From: an uncultured Solirubrobacterales bacterium
GTDB taxonomy: Bacteria; Actinomycetota; Thermoleophilia; Solirubrobacterales; 70-9
Assembly (NCBI GenBank): GCA_963725085.1
Contig: CAVRXM010000005.1
Span: 1,014,235-1,078,234 of the forward strand
Length of the DNA stretch: 64,000 nucleotides
Reading direction: 5' to 3'
The translations under genes and the position numbers were made by a program. The notes under the pieces are model-generated. The model saw nothing but the letters and a program-made list of their open reading frames with translations. It was not told the DNA's origin and made no database searches. Numbering within the stretch: the first letter of the stretch is position 1; the number at the start of each line of letters is the position of its first letter. Positions 19,789 to 30,580 of this stretch are shown one piece after another.

Positions 19789-20033
19789 GGATCCTGATCG
19801 GCCATCACGCCGGGCATCGTACGTCCCGCACAGGCCGGAACCCGCAAATAGCGCATTTCCACCGCGCCAGCCCACCGCCGCGGTCCACCCCTCGACCGGC
19901 TCCGGCATCTCGACCGGCTGGAGCTGGCGGGGTGGGTGTTCCTCGGCGGGAACTTGTGAGCCGCCCCACGCAAGAGCCCTTCATCCGATATCGACGCGGG
20001 TTCCCGCGAGGGACACCCGCACCGCCCCAGCCC

Positions 20034-23000
20034 CTACTCGGTCGAGATGCTCGGGTCGGCCTGCACCTTGTGCGGCACGACCATCACGAAGTTGCTCGCC
20101 GCGTCCGCGGCAAGACCCAGGATCCGCTGCACCTCCCCGTCCTGCCCGGTCGCGCGCAGCTCGTCGGCGTAGTGGGAGAGGAGGTCGTCGATGTCGATCA
20201 GGCCGTCGGCGTCGAGCGCCTTGAGCTCGACTTTCGCGCCCTCGCCGAGCCGCCGCTCGATCGCCTCGTGGTCGAGGCCGAAGGCGTTCTGGCGGACGTA
20301 GACGCGGCCGCCGGTCATTCCGGCGCAGGCCCAGGGACCGATGTCGCCGAGGACGATCGCGCGGCCGGAGGTCATGTACTCAAAGGCAAAGCCCTTGGCG
20401 TTGGCGCGGTCGACGAGGCAGCCGCGGCCGTCGTCGATGTCGCCCTCCGGCTCGCCGCCGAGGACGACGTCCGCGCCCGAGAGGCGGATGCAGAAGCGCG
20501 AGTCGGCCGAGCCCTGGACGAAGAGGCGGCCGCGCTGGGCCCCGTAGGCGAAGGACTTGCCGACCGAGCCGTTGAGGCGCCGGCCCTTCGCCCCCCTGCC
20601 CTTCAGCACCGAGACGGTCCCACCCAGCATCGTCTTGCCGACGCCGTCCTGGGCGCCGCCCTCGACCCTGATCGAGACGCCGTAGGCGTTGAAGGCGCCG
20701 AAGCCCTGGCCGGCGACCGAGCCGCCGTTGAACGAGAGATCGGCCAGCACCTCGTCGTCGGGCTCGGGCCCGTCTTCGAAGATCCGGGCGCGCGAGATCG
20801 CGCCGGCGAGCTCGGTCCCGAGGACCCGGTCGTTGGCGTCGGTTGCCCGCGGGAACTCGCTGGTGACGGTGCGGCCGGAGCAGACTTCGGGCGCGAGCGC
20901 GGCGATCTGGCTCGAGGCCTCCTTCGCCTCCATCCGGATCGGGCGGGCGACGACGAGGCCCGACTCGGCGCGCTCGTCGGCCACCTCCGCGGCGACCGGG
21001 AGGTCGATCGGCTCGAGGTCGAGGAACTCCTCCAGCGGCGTGATCAGCTCGGCGAGGTCGATCCGGTCCTGGTGGGAGATCTGCTCGAGGAGGTCGTAGC
21101 GGCCGACCAGGTCCTGGGCGCGGTCGTAGCCAAGCGAGGCGACGACCTCCTTCACCTCCTCGCCCATCGCGGCGAAGAACCGGGCGCAGCTCTCGGCGGC
21201 GAGGTCGACCTCCTGCGGGGTGAACTTCTTCAGCCCGTGCTCCTGGGCCTGCTCGACGGTCTCGATCTGGGTCGCGATCCCGACGTGGCAGGTGTCGAGC
21301 TGGCAGCCGCGGCAGATCGTGCAGCCGAGACTGACCATCGCCAGCGTCCCGAACCCGACCCGGTTGGCGCCGAGGCAGTGGAGCTTGACGATGTCGTGGC
21401 CGGTGCGGTAGCCGCCGTCGGCCCAGATCTCGACCCGGTTGCGGATCCCCGCCTCCATCAGCGCCCTGTGGACGGCGCGGGTGCCGATGTCCGAGGGCAG
21501 GCCGACGTGGCGCAGCGCGTGCTGGCGGGCGGCGCCGGTGCCGCCCTCGAATCCGGAGAGGGTGATGATGTCGGCTCCGGCCTTGGCGATCCCGAGGCCG
21601 ATCGTGCCGATGTTCGGCACCACCGGGACCTTGACCGAGACGCGGACGTCGGGGTTGACCGTCTTCAGCTCGTCGATCAGCTCGGCCAGGTCCTCGATCG
21701 AGTAGAGGTCGTGGTTGTTCGACGGCGAGATCAAGTCGGTTCCCGGCGCCGCGTTACGGGCGGCGGCGACCTTCGCGGAGACCTTCTTGCCGGGCAGGTG
21801 GCCGCCCTCGCCGGGCTTCGCCCCCTGGCCGATCTTGATCTCGGCGACGTAGGAGGAGTTGATCATCTCGGCCGAGACCCCGAACCGGCCCGAGGCAACC
21901 TGCTGGCCGCGCCATTTCCGGTACTGGCCGTACATGTCGCGGATCTCGCCGCCCTCGCCGTTGACGCAGAGGATGTTGATCGCCTTCGCCGCCTCGGCGT
22001 AGGCGCGGAAGGCGGGCTCCGACTGCGAGCCGAAGCTCATCGAGGAGATCACCACCGGGTAGTCATGGTGGCCGACGCCGGCGTCGACCCCGGCCGGGTC
22101 GACCGGGTCCCGGTCGCCCTTCAGACCCATGATGTGGCGCATCGAGATCGGGTTCTGCGACTCGAGGTCGCGGACTTTCTCCGAGTACTCCTGGTAGGTC
22201 CCGGAGCCGTTTGCGGTCGCGATTGCCGCCTTGTAGACCTTCGGGTAGAACCGGAACGTCTTCGCCGGTTTCGCGTCGTCGTCCTCGGAGAGGATGCGGG
22301 CGCGCTCGTTGGTGTCCTCGTCGAGGTCGGCGAACCCGGTGCCGCCGGCCTCGGAGGCCGCGAACGCCTCGGTCTGGAAAAGCTCGGCCAGCTCCGGCTT
22401 GATCCCGATCGAGGAGAACTGGCGCGCGTATCCGCGGACCTCGTGGATCCCGATCGTCGAGATCACTTTCTCGATTCCCTTGGTCAGCGCCGAGCAGAGG
22501 TTGCCGATGTCGGTCTCGTAGTCCTCGACGCAGATCACCTCGACCATCGTGTAAGGGCAGACCCCGTTGGCGCCGAGCCCGAGGGCGAGCATCACGTCGT
22601 GGACGTTGCGGATCGAGGCGGCCCGGAGGACGATGCCGCAGCGGCGGCGGAGGTTCTCCTCGCCGGGCTCGACCTTGAACTGCTTCAGCGCCTGGTCGAT
22701 CGCCGAGGTCGCCAGGTGCGGGTCGAGGTAGCGCCGCTCGGCGTCGTAGACGGTGCGGTCGGTTAGGACCAGGAGCTCGGCCCCGTCGCGGACCTTCTTC
22801 ACGGCCTCCTGCTTGATCCGCTCGATCGCGCCCTTCGTCGTCTCCGACTCGAGCAGTGAGATGTCGACCGCGCCGGCGCGGCCGCGGAACTCCTCCCAGA
22901 GGTCCTCGAGCAGGTAGGTGCGATGCCGGCGCGCGACCTCTCGGTAGGTCCTGTCGGAGAGCGGCGCCATCTCGTGGTGGCCGCCGAGGATCACCGGCAG

Positions 23001-24701
23001 CGAGGTCTCGATCGTGCCCGTGTCGACGTTGGCGGCGGCCAGCGAGGGGCGGCGGCCGAAGACGGCCCGGGTCGAGAAGTGCTCGACCTCGCGCTCGCGG
23101 TCGATCGCCGGGTTGGTCACCACCGCGACCGTCTCCTTGAAGTGGTCGGCGAGGTTCTGGCGCTCCGGCGAGAGCGCGGCGAGCGGCCCGTCGTAGCCCA
23201 GCGACCCGATCGGCTCCGCCCCGTTGGAGGCCATCTGCTGGACGAGTTTGACGTCGTCCCGCTGCCAGCCGAATCCGGCGAGGACGCGGTCTGAGACCTT
23301 GACCGGCTCCTCGGGGCCGGCGTCGGAGTAGCCCGGCACCTCGCCGCCCTCGAGTGGCCCGCCGGTCTCCAGCGCCCGGGCGTAGGGCCCGACCTCCTCG
23401 ATGCCGTTGCGCTGCAGCCAGCGTTCGCGGACGATCCGCAGCATCTCGTCGTGAGGCCAGAGGAGCGAGCGCTTGCGCTCGCGGTCGATCTCGACCAGGG
23501 CCTTCTCTCCGGGGGCGAGCGGCTTCGGCTCACTCACCATCTCGCTGACCGCGACGACGCCCGGCTCGGAGCTGAAGACGAAGTCATCGCCGGTCTCGAC
23601 CTGCCACAGCGGCCGCAGGCCGAGGGCGTCGGCGGAGAACACGCACTCGTCGGTGTGGCGGGCGATCAGCGCGACCGGGCCCTGCGCGAACGGCCCCATC
23701 GCCTGGTGCAGGTACATGTAGAAGCCGTGCAGTTCCTCGGGCAGGCGGCGGATCTCCTCGACGATCGGCGGCACCACCATCTCCATCGCCTCGGCGAGGC
23801 TGAGGCCGTCGCGGCTGACGAGCGTCTCGATCGTCCGGTTGAGGTCCTGGGAGTCGGAGTTGCCGGACGGGATCGGCACGTCGAGCATCCGCGCCTCCTG
23901 GCGCAGCTGCTCGATCGTGTTGATCTCGCCGTTGTGGCCGAGGACCGAGAACGGCTGGACCCGCTTGAACGAGGGCCAGGTGTTGGTCGAGTAGCGGTTG
24001 TGGCCGAAGCACCCGATCGTCTCGAAGCGCTCGTCGCTGAGGTCGGGGTAATAGGCGGCGAGCACCTTCGGCGCTCCCATCACCTTGTAGACGCAGGTCG
24101 TCGCCGAGAACGAGGGGACGTGGACGCCGAGCCGCAGCTCGAGCTCGGAGAGGAGGTCGAAGAGGACGCGGTCGCGGTGGGAGGCGTCGGCGACGAGGCC
24201 GCAGATCTGCCAGAAGTGGGGCTCCTCCTCGCGCGCGGTCGGGCCGAGCGCGGGCGAGTCGACGACGCCGATCCGCTCGGCGAGGATCCGGAAGCCGCCG
24301 CGGCCGAGCAGCTCGCGGGCGTCGTGCTGGACCCGCTGCAGGTCCGAGGTGCGGTCGACGAAGACGTGGGCGACGGCGAACGCGTCGTCGAGGGTCAGCG
24401 AGGGGTCGTGGCCGCCGCTGCGGACCTCCTCGGCCCAGAGCTTGCGGGGGATGTCGAGCAGGACGCCGCACCCGTCGCCCTCGCCGTCGACGTTGCCGGC
24501 GCGGTGGAGCATCTTCTGCAGAGCGGGGATCGCGTTGCGGATCGGGTCGTGGGTCGGCGTCGCGTCCTTGCGGACCGAGGCGTAGATCGCGCAGGCGTCC
24601 TTGTCCTCGACGCTGGGCGGCGAGACCCGCGGCCTGTAGGGCTGCTCGGGCGAGTAACGGAAATCACCGCCCTCGCTCTTCGGTGACTGGGTACCGCTCA
24701 T
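20034..24701 (-). CDS. gltB: glutamate synthase large subunit
   Basis: Intact 1555-aa ORF: N-terminal amidotransferase domain (DACAIYASV...), central domain, FMN-binding domain, and C-terminal GXGXG beta-helix domain. Confidence 0.95.
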   Translation of the reverse strand: MSGTQSPKSEGGDFRYSPEQPYRPRVSPPSVEDKDACAIYASVRKDATPTHDPIRNAIPALQKMLHRAGNVDGEGDGCGVLLDIPRKLWAEEVRSGGHDPSLTLDDAFAVAHVFVDRTSDLQRVQHDARELLGRGGFRILAERIGVVDSPALGPTAREEEPHFWQICGLVADASHRDRVLFDLLSELELRLGVHVPSFSATTCVYKVMGAPKVLAAYYPDLSDERFETIGCFGHNRYSTNTWPSFKRVQPFSVLGHNGEINTIEQLRQEARMLDVPIPSGNSDSQDLNRTIETLVSRDGLSLAEAMEMVVPPIVEEIRRLPEELHGFYMYLHQAMGPFAQGPVALIARHTDECVFSADALGLRPLWQVETGDDFVFSSEPGVVAVSEMVSEPKPLAPGEKALVEIDRERKRSLLWPHDEMLRIVRERWLQRNGIEEVGPYARALETGGPLEGGEVPGYSDAGPEEPVKVSDRVLAGFGWQRDDVKLVQQMASNGAEPIGSLGYDGPLAALSPERQNLADHFKETVAVVTNPAIDREREVEHFSTRAVFGRRPSLAAANVDTGTIETSLPVILGGHHEMAPLSDRTYREVARRHRTYLLEDLWEEFRGRAGAVDISLLESETTKGAIERIKQEAVKKVRDGAELLVLTDRTVYDAERRYLDPHLATSAIDQALKQFKVEPGEENLRRRCGIVLRAASIRNVHDVMLALGLGANGVCPYTMVEVICVEDYETDIGNLCSALTKGIEKVISTIGIHEVRGYARQFSSIGIKPELAELFQTEAFAASEAGGTGFADLDEDTNERARILSEDDDAKPAKTFRFYPKVYKAAIATANGSGTYQEYSEKVRDLESQNPISMRHIMGLKGDRDPVDPAGVDAGVGHHDYPVVISSMSFGSQSEPAFRAYAEAAKAINILCVNGEGGEIRDMYGQYRKWRGQQVASGRFGVSAEMINSSYVAEIKIGQGAKPGEGGHLPGKKVSAKVAAARNAAPGTDLISPSNNHDLYSIEDLAELIDELKTVNPDVRVSVKVPVVPNIGTIGLGIAKAGADIITLSGFEGGTGAARQHALRHVGLPSDIGTRAVHRALMEAGIRNRVEIWADGGYRTGHDIVKLHCLGANRVGFGTLAMVSLGCTICRGCQLDTCHVGIATQIETVEQAQEHGLKKFTPQEVDLAAESCARFFAAMGEEVKEVVASLGYDRAQDLVGRYDLLEQISHQDRIDLAELITPLEEFLDLEPIDLPVAAEVADERAESGLVVARPIRMEAKEASSQIAALAPEVCSGRTVTSEFPRATDANDRVLGTELAGAISRARIFEDGPEPDDEVLADLSFNGGSVAGQGFGAFNAYGVSIRVEGGAQDGVGKTMLGGTVSVLKGRGAKGRRLNGSVGKSFAYGAQRGRLFVQGSADSRFCIRLSGADVVLGGEPEGDIDDGRGCLVDRANAKGFAFEYMTSGRAIVLGDIGPWACAGMTGGRVYVRQNAFGLDHEAIERRLGEGAKVELKALDADGLIDIDDLLSHYADELRATGQDGEVQRILGLAADAASNFVMVVPHKVQADPSISTE

Positions 24702-24763
24702 GTTGACCTCCCGGGATCCGCGCCTTCTCCGAGCGGGCGCGCGACGGGTTGACGAGTCGGGGG

Positions 24764-24769
24764 ATTATA
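24764..24769 (-). promoter_or_regulatory. candidate -10 hexamer TATAAT upstream of gltB
   Basis: Perfect TATAAT on the minus strand, about 60 nt upstream of the gltB ATG. GGGAGG Shine-Dalgarno before the start. No convincing -35. Confidence 0.3.
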
Positions 24770-24788
24770 GGGCGGTTCGGCCTGGGGC

Positions 24789-25163
24789 TCAGCCCCAGGA
24801 CATCGGCTCGTAGCCGCCGTCGGGCAGGACGCCGATCAGGAGCGCGGTTACCGGGGCGTCGGACTGGTTGAGGATTGTGCGGCTGGTCGGGCTATCGATC
24901 GAGGCGTAAGTGCCGGCCGGAGCCGGGTGGTCCTCGCCGCCGAGCCTCATCGTCGCCTCGCCGTCGAGGATGATGTAGACCTCGATCTCGCCGCTGTTGC
25001 CGTGATTGTGCTCGGGAATCATGCCCCCCGGCGCGATCTCGACCAGGTTGTACCCGAAGCAGTCTGTCCCCAGAGCCTTCCGCGCCAGCATCCAGGTCGC
25101 GCTGCCGGAGCCCTCCATCACCTCGAACTCGTCGCGATGCTTGATCGTGTAGCCGTCTGCCAT
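24789..25163 (-). CDS. cupin domain protein
   Basis: Intact 124-aa ORF: GYNLVEIAPGGMIPEHNHGNSGEIEVYIILDGEATM, a typical cupin motif. Confidence 0.8.
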   Translation of the reverse strand: MADGYTIKHRDEFEVMEGSGSATWMLARKALGTDCFGYNLVEIAPGGMIPEHNHGNSGEIEVYIILDGEATMRLGGEDHPAPAGTYASIDSPTSRTILNQSDAPVTALLIGVLPDGGYEPMSWG

Positions 25164-25197
25164 CGCTCACCACCTTTCGTGTGTCGCACCCGTGACC

Positions 25198-26081
25198 CTA
25201 AAGCTCCGGAACGTCGGCGCCAAGCGGGGTGAACGGCAGGCGGCGCACCTCGGCCCAGCCCGAGGCCCGGCCCTCGAGCGCCTCGGCGACCTTGCCCGCG
25301 TCCTGCCAGGTCGTCCAGACCAGGACGGTCGGGCCGGCTCCGGAGATCGTCGCCCCGAGCGCGCCGAGCTCGCGGGCGTCGTCGACGAGCTCCATCGAGC
25401 GCGGGTAGAGCTTCCGGCGGCGGGGCTGGTGGATGCGGTCGGCGAGGCCGCGGGCGACGAGGTCGAGGTCGGCGCTCCGCAGCCCCAGCACGAGTCTCGA
25501 GGCGGCGGAGACGTTGGCGACGGCGTCGGCGAGCGGGACCTCGGCCGGGATCGCTTCGCGCGCGAGCTCGGTCGAGACCTCCTCGGCCGGGATCACGACG
25601 ATGCCCTCGAGGCCGTCGGGCGGGTCGAAGCGGGCTGCGCTCACAGTGCCCTCGGGCCCCTCGCCGCAGATCACGAAGCCGCCGTAGATCGCGGCCGCGA
25701 CGTTGTCCGGGTGCCCCTCGATCTCGGTCGCCCGCAGCAAGCAGCTCCTCGCGGGTGAGCGCCAGCTCGAAGAGGTGGTCGGCGGCGCAGAGGCCGGCGA
25801 CGATCGCCGCCGCGCTCGAGCCGAGCCCGCGCGCGAGCGGAATTCCCTCTCGCAGCCGGAACGCGATCCCGTCCGCCGGGTGCAGGCGTCTCGAAGGCGC
25901 GGACGATCAGGTTGTCGCGCCCGCCGGGGACGTCGAGCGGGCCTGGGTCGAGGGAGAACTCGCCGGTCTCCTCGACCTCGAGCTCGAGGTGCATCGCGAC
26001 CGCCGCCGCCATCACGTCGTAGCCCGGGCCGAGGTTCGCCGACGAGGCGGGGACGCGGACGATCCGGTGGCGCGAGGTCAC
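25198..26081 (-). pseudogene. thrB: homoserine kinase, frameshifted
   Basis: N-terminus VRVPASSANLGPGYDVMAAAVAMHLELEV, middle GLGSSAAAIVAGL-like segment, and C-terminus LGATISGAGPTVLVW lie in different frames. Last gene of the lysA-hom-thrC-thrB order. Confidence 0.85.
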
Positions 26082-27118
26082 GCGAACACGGCGCGCTCGA
26101 CCGCCCCGAGGTCGTTCTCGCAGTTGACGACCGGCGGCGCTTTCGAGAGCGCGGTGTCGGGGTCCTTGAGGCCGTGGCCGGTGAGGACGCAGACGACCGA
26201 CTCCGGCGCCGCCTCGCCCTCGAGCACCGGCATCCCGTGCGCGAGCAGCCCGGCGACCGAGGCCGCCGAGGCCGGCTCGCAGAACACTCCCTCGTGCGCG
26301 GCGAGCCAGCGGTAGGCGTCGAGGATCTGCTCGTCGGAGACGGCGGCGACGCGGCCGCGGGAGGCGGTGAACGCCGCCATCGCCTCCTCCCAGCGGGCCG
26401 GGTTGCCGATCCGGATCGCCGACGCGACCGTCTCCGGGTTCTCGACCGGGGCGCCGTGGACGAGCGGAGCCGCGCCCTCTGCCTGGAACCCATAGAGGAC
26501 CGGCGCGGCATCCATCTCCTGGAAGCCCTGCCAGTAGGCGGTCACGTTGCCGGCGTTGCCGACCGGGATCGCGAGCGCCCCCGGCGCCTCCCCCAGCTCT
26601 TCGACGACCTCGAACGCGGCGGTCTTCTGGCCCTCGATCCGGAACGGGTTGACCGAGTTGACGAGCTCGATCGGGTGGCGCTCGGCGAGGTCGCGGACGA
26701 TGCTGAGCGCCTCGTCGAAGTTCCCCTGCAGGGCGATGACCCGGGCGCCGTGCATCAGCGCCTGGGCGAGCTTGCCGATCGCGATCTTGCCCTCCGGGAC
26801 GATCACCGCGCCGCGCAGGCCGGCGCGGGCCGCGTAGGCGGCGGCGCTCGCCGCGGTGTTGCCGGTCGAGGCGCAGATCACCGCCTCGGCCCCGCGCGCC
26901 TTGGCCCTCGAGACCGCGACAGTCATCCCGCGGTCCTTGAAGCTCCCGGTCGGGTTCGCGCCCTCGAACTTCAGCAGCGTCCGCACGCCGAGCCGCTCCG
27001 AGAGCCGCTCGGCCTCGATCAGCGGCGTCGAGCCCTCGTTCAGCGTCACCACCGGGTCGCCGGCCTCGAGCGGAAGCCGGTCGCGGTACCGCTCGATCAG
27101 CGAGCCGGGCATGGACAT
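26078..27118 (-). CDS. thrC: threonine synthase
   Basis: Intact 346-aa ORF. PLP lysine context [20 protein letters not shown]. Confidence 0.9.
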   Translation of the reverse strand: MSMPGSLIERYRDRLPLEAGDPVVTLNEGSTPLIEAERLSERLGVRTLLKFEGANPTGSFKDRGMTVAVSRAKARGAEAVICASTGNTAASAAAYAARAGLRGAVIVPEGKIAIGKLAQALMHGARVIALQGNFDEALSIVRDLAERHPIELVNSVNPFRIEGQKTAAFEVVEELGEAPGALAIPVGNAGNVTAYWQGFQEMDAAPVLYGFQAEGAAPLVHGAPVENPETVASAIRIGNPARWEEAMAAFTASRGRVAAVSDEQILDAYRWLAAHEGVFCEPASAASVAGLLAHGMPVLEGEAAPESVVCVLTGHGLKDPDTALSKAPPVVNCENDLGAVERAVFA

Positions 27119-27178
27119 ACCTTTCGCGCCTGCTCCGCTGCGCGCATCATCAGATTTCGACGCTGGCTCCGCATGCGC

Positions 27179-28412
27179 TCAGACGAACTCCTCCTCGATG
27201 ACGCGGATCGCACGCGGAGCGGAGCGGACCTCCTCGAGCTCGCGCGATCTCGGCGACTGCGGCGGCGAAATTCGACTCGCGGCACTCGTGCAGGACCATG
27301 ACCAGCCTCGCGTCGTCGCCGATCCCGCGTTGGACGACGCTCTTGACCGAGACCTCGTTGTCGCCCAGCACCTTGGCGATCTGGGCGAGGACGCCGGGCC
27401 GGTCGGCGACCTCGAGGTGCAGGTAGAAGGAGGAGCTGACGTCGGAGACGACCTCGAGGTCGGCGCCCGCCTCATGCACGGGCGCATCGCCGGAGATGAT
27501 CGAGACGACGTCGCTCAGGACCGCCGACGCGGTCTGGATGCCGCCGGCGCCCGGGCCCGACATCGTCACCTCGGTGATCGCCGGCGCCTCGACCATCACC
27601 GCGTTGAACGGGCCCTCGACCGGCGCCAGCGGGTGGCCGCCGTAGAGGAAGCAGGGGAAGACGCGGACGCTGATCCCGCCGTCGCGGCGCTCGGCGACCC
27701 CGAGCAGCTTCAGCGAGAGGTCGAGCTCGCGCGCGTAGGAGATGTCGTCGGGGGTGACGCTCTCGATCCCCTCGTAGGCGACCTGGTCGAGCGTGACCGG
27801 CGCATGGAAGGCGAGGCGGGCGAGGATCGCCATCTTCGCCGCGGCGTCGGCGCCGCTGACGTCGTCGCTGGGGTCGGCCTCGGCGTAGCCGAGCTCCTGG
27901 GCGCGGGCGAGGGCCTCGTCGTATGCCGCGCCGCTCGCCGCCATCTCGGTGAGGATGAAGTTGGTCGTCCCGTTGACGATCCCGAAGACCTTGTCGATCT
28001 CCGTCACTCCGAAGCTCTCCTGGATCGCGCGCACGATCGGGATCACCCCGGCGACCGCGGCCTCGAATCGGAGCTGGACCCCGGCCTCGCGCGCGGCGCC
28101 GAACAGCTCATCGCCGTGCTGGGCGAGCAGCTGCTTGTTGGCGGTGACCACCGGGCGGCCGCCGCGCAGCGCCTCGAGCACGTACTCGCGGGCGGGGTCG
28201 GTGCCCCCGATCAGCTCGACGACGAGGTCGGAGCGGTCGAGGATCTCGGCGAAATCGCCCTCGCTGCGGGTCAGGGTCCCGGCCAGCTCGACCGCCCGCC
28301 CGGTCGCGGCCTCGACCGCCGCCGAGCGCTCCGCGAGCAGCTCGGCGAAGGCGCCGCCGACCGTGCCGCGGCCCAGCAGCCCGATGCGGAACGGCTCAGA
28401 GCTCGGGTACAT
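27179..28412 (-). pseudogene. hom: homoserine dehydrogenase, one frameshift near 27245 in the ACT-domain tail
   Basis: IGLLGRGTVGGAF..., central catalytic domain and ACT domain FYLHLEVADRPGVLAQIAKVLGDNEVSVKSVVQ. The last residues ELEEVRSAPRAIRVIEEEFV are in another frame. Confidence 0.9.
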
Positions 28413-29692
28413 CGCGCGCCGTCAGGTCCTCGTTGGTCTCGCGGCGGACGACGACGCGGGCGTCGCCTTCGCTGCAGAAGATGACGGGGGGCCTGGGCAC
28501 GGCGTTGTAGTTGCTCGCCATCGAGTGGCCGTAGGCGCCGGTCGCGGGGATGACCACGACGTCGCCGACCCGCGGGTCCTCGAGCCGCGCATCCTCGATC
28601 AGGACGTCGCCCGACTCGCAGTGCATCCCGACCAGGCGGCAGGCGGTCGAGTCGCCGACGCGGTCGGCGATCTCCGCTTCGTAGGCTGCGCCGTAGAGCA
28701 TCGGCCTGATGTTGTCGGCCATGCCGCCGTCGACGGCGACGTAGCGGCGGACGCCGGGGACGTCCTTGACCGTCCCGACCGTGTAGAGGGAGACGCCGGG
28801 GTTGGCGACGAGCGAGCGGCCCGGCTCGCAGAGGAGCCTGATCCCCTCGGGAAGGCGCTCGAGCATCGCCTCGGCGTAGGCGGCCGCGGGCGGCGGGACC
28901 TGGTCACGGGTGTAGGCGACCGCGAAACCGCCGCCCATGTTGACCTCGGGATACTCGCCCGCCGCGACGAGCACCTCGGCCAGCTGCCCGTAGACGTCGA
29001 GGTCGAAGACCTGGGACCCGATGTGGGCGTGGAGGCCGCGAACCTCGAGCCCGGCCGCCGTCGCAGCGCTCGACGGCCAGCGGCAGGGTCGCGAGCGGGA
29101 TCCCGAACTTCGAGTCCTCCTGGCCGGTGGCGATCTTCTCGTGGGTGTCGGGCCGGATCCCGGGCGTGACCCGTAGCAGGACGCGCTGGCTGCGGCCGGC
29201 GGCGAGTCGTTCGAGCCTCTCGATCTCGTCGAAGGAGTCGACGATCAGGTGGCCGACGCCGGCGTCGAGCGCCGCCAGCAGCTCGGCCTCGGACTTGTTG
29301 TTGCCGTGCATGTAGATCCGCTCCGGGTCGAAGCCGGCGCCGAGCGCCAGGTGCAGCTCGCCGCCGGAGGCGACGTCGCATGAGAGCCCCTCCTCGGCGA
29401 ACAGCCGGTAGGCGGCGGTGCAGGAGAGGGCCTTGCTCGCGTAGAGAACCTCGAAGCTCTCGGTCCGCTCGGCGAATGCCGCGACGGTCTGCCGGGCGCG
29501 GGCGCGGAGGTCGTCCTCGGAGTAGACGTAGGCCGGGGTGCCGAACTCGGCGGCAAGCTCGACCGTGTCGCAGCCGGCGATCTCGATCCGGCCGCGCTCG
29601 TTGAGCCGGGTCCCGGCAGGGAACACCGGCGAGCCCGCGATCGGGTCCGCGAGCGCACTCGCCTGTCCGGGTTGCTCGTCAGGGCCCATCAT
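28396..29692 (-). pseudogene. lysA: diaminopimelate decarboxylase, one frameshift near 28950
   Basis: The N-terminal 262-aa ORF (FGTPAYVYSEDDLRARA..., YASKALSC PLP lysine) and the C-terminal 192-aa ORF (CESGDVL, GAYGHSMASNYN) overlap in different frames. Confidence 0.9.
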
Positions 29693-29730
29693 CGACGGGC
29701 ATTGTGACGTGTGGGGCGCCCTGAAGGAGC

Positions 29731-30451
29731 TAGTTGCCGATGCCGGCGATCGCTTCCTTCACCTTGTCGCTCGTCGAGCCCGACGACGGCGAGGTGGGAG
29801 CAACCCGTTCTTCGACTTCGGTCGACGGTGTTGGTGACGGGCGATGGCACCGGCGGCGGGGCGGCGCTGGAGATTTCGTTGACCGTCTTCGTCACCGCTC
29901 GCGCGGTGCGGGTTCCGACGTTCCCGGCGCTCGGCGGCGAGCTGGCTTCCTGCCCGGCGCTGCCGGAGTTGCCGCCGCCGCTGGGCGCTGGTGAAGCTGT
30001 TCCCGAGCCGGCGGGCGTGCTTCCGCTTCCGCTCGTCGGCGCGGGTGCTGGTGAGGTGCCCGAGGGCTGCTGGACCGGAGCGGACTGGACCCCGCGGCTG
30101 CCCTGGATCTGCGACTGGGGCGAGACCTTCCCTGCCGAGTTGGTTGCCACCGGAGGCCTTGTGGTGGTTGGCGCCGCCGCCGGCTTTCGCCGCCGGCGCG
30201 ACAGTCGCCGCGGATACCGAGATCGGGCCGTTGAGGCTTTCTGCGGCCGCGTTCGCGGAGCCGCCGCCGAGCGACTGCGCAGGCGAGACGGAGGTCGAGG
30301 TGTTGCCGCTGCCGGGCAGGCTCAGATCGGAGATCGGCCAGTCACGGAGCGCCTGCGCAGACACGAGCAGGATGAAGAAGACGACCGCAGCCGCGATCAC
30401 CGCTGTGCCTGAAATCGCTCCAAATAGATATGACTGGGAGTGACGTATCAA
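29731..30451 (-). pseudogene. membrane-anchored low-complexity (Ser/Gly/Pro/Ala-rich) protein, unknown function, at least 2 frameshifts
   Basis: TTG start preceded by AGGAGG. TM helix FGAISGTAVIAAAVVFFILLV, then SGNTSTSVSPAQSLGGGSANAAA..., continuing in another frame as SPAPAPTSGSGSTPAGSGTASPAPSGGGNSGS. Probable end ...DKVKEAIAGIGN at 29731. Confidence 0.45.
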
Positions 30452-30580
30452 CGAAACCTCCTGCTTCGTCGCTCCGATTGGTTAATACCCACATTGGCAG
30501 GCGAATCCTTTTCCGCCATACCAAAAATTTGGATTTTTAGACCAATATTCGATTTCAATCTAAGACTGGGTATTAGGACT

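Noticed and set aside
19479-22766. 1095-aa forward ORF
   Set aside because: It lies antisense to the conserved gltB gene. Its translation is Arg/Ala/Gly/Asp/Pro-rich low-complexity sequence with no motifs, the typical shadow ORF of a high-GC genome.
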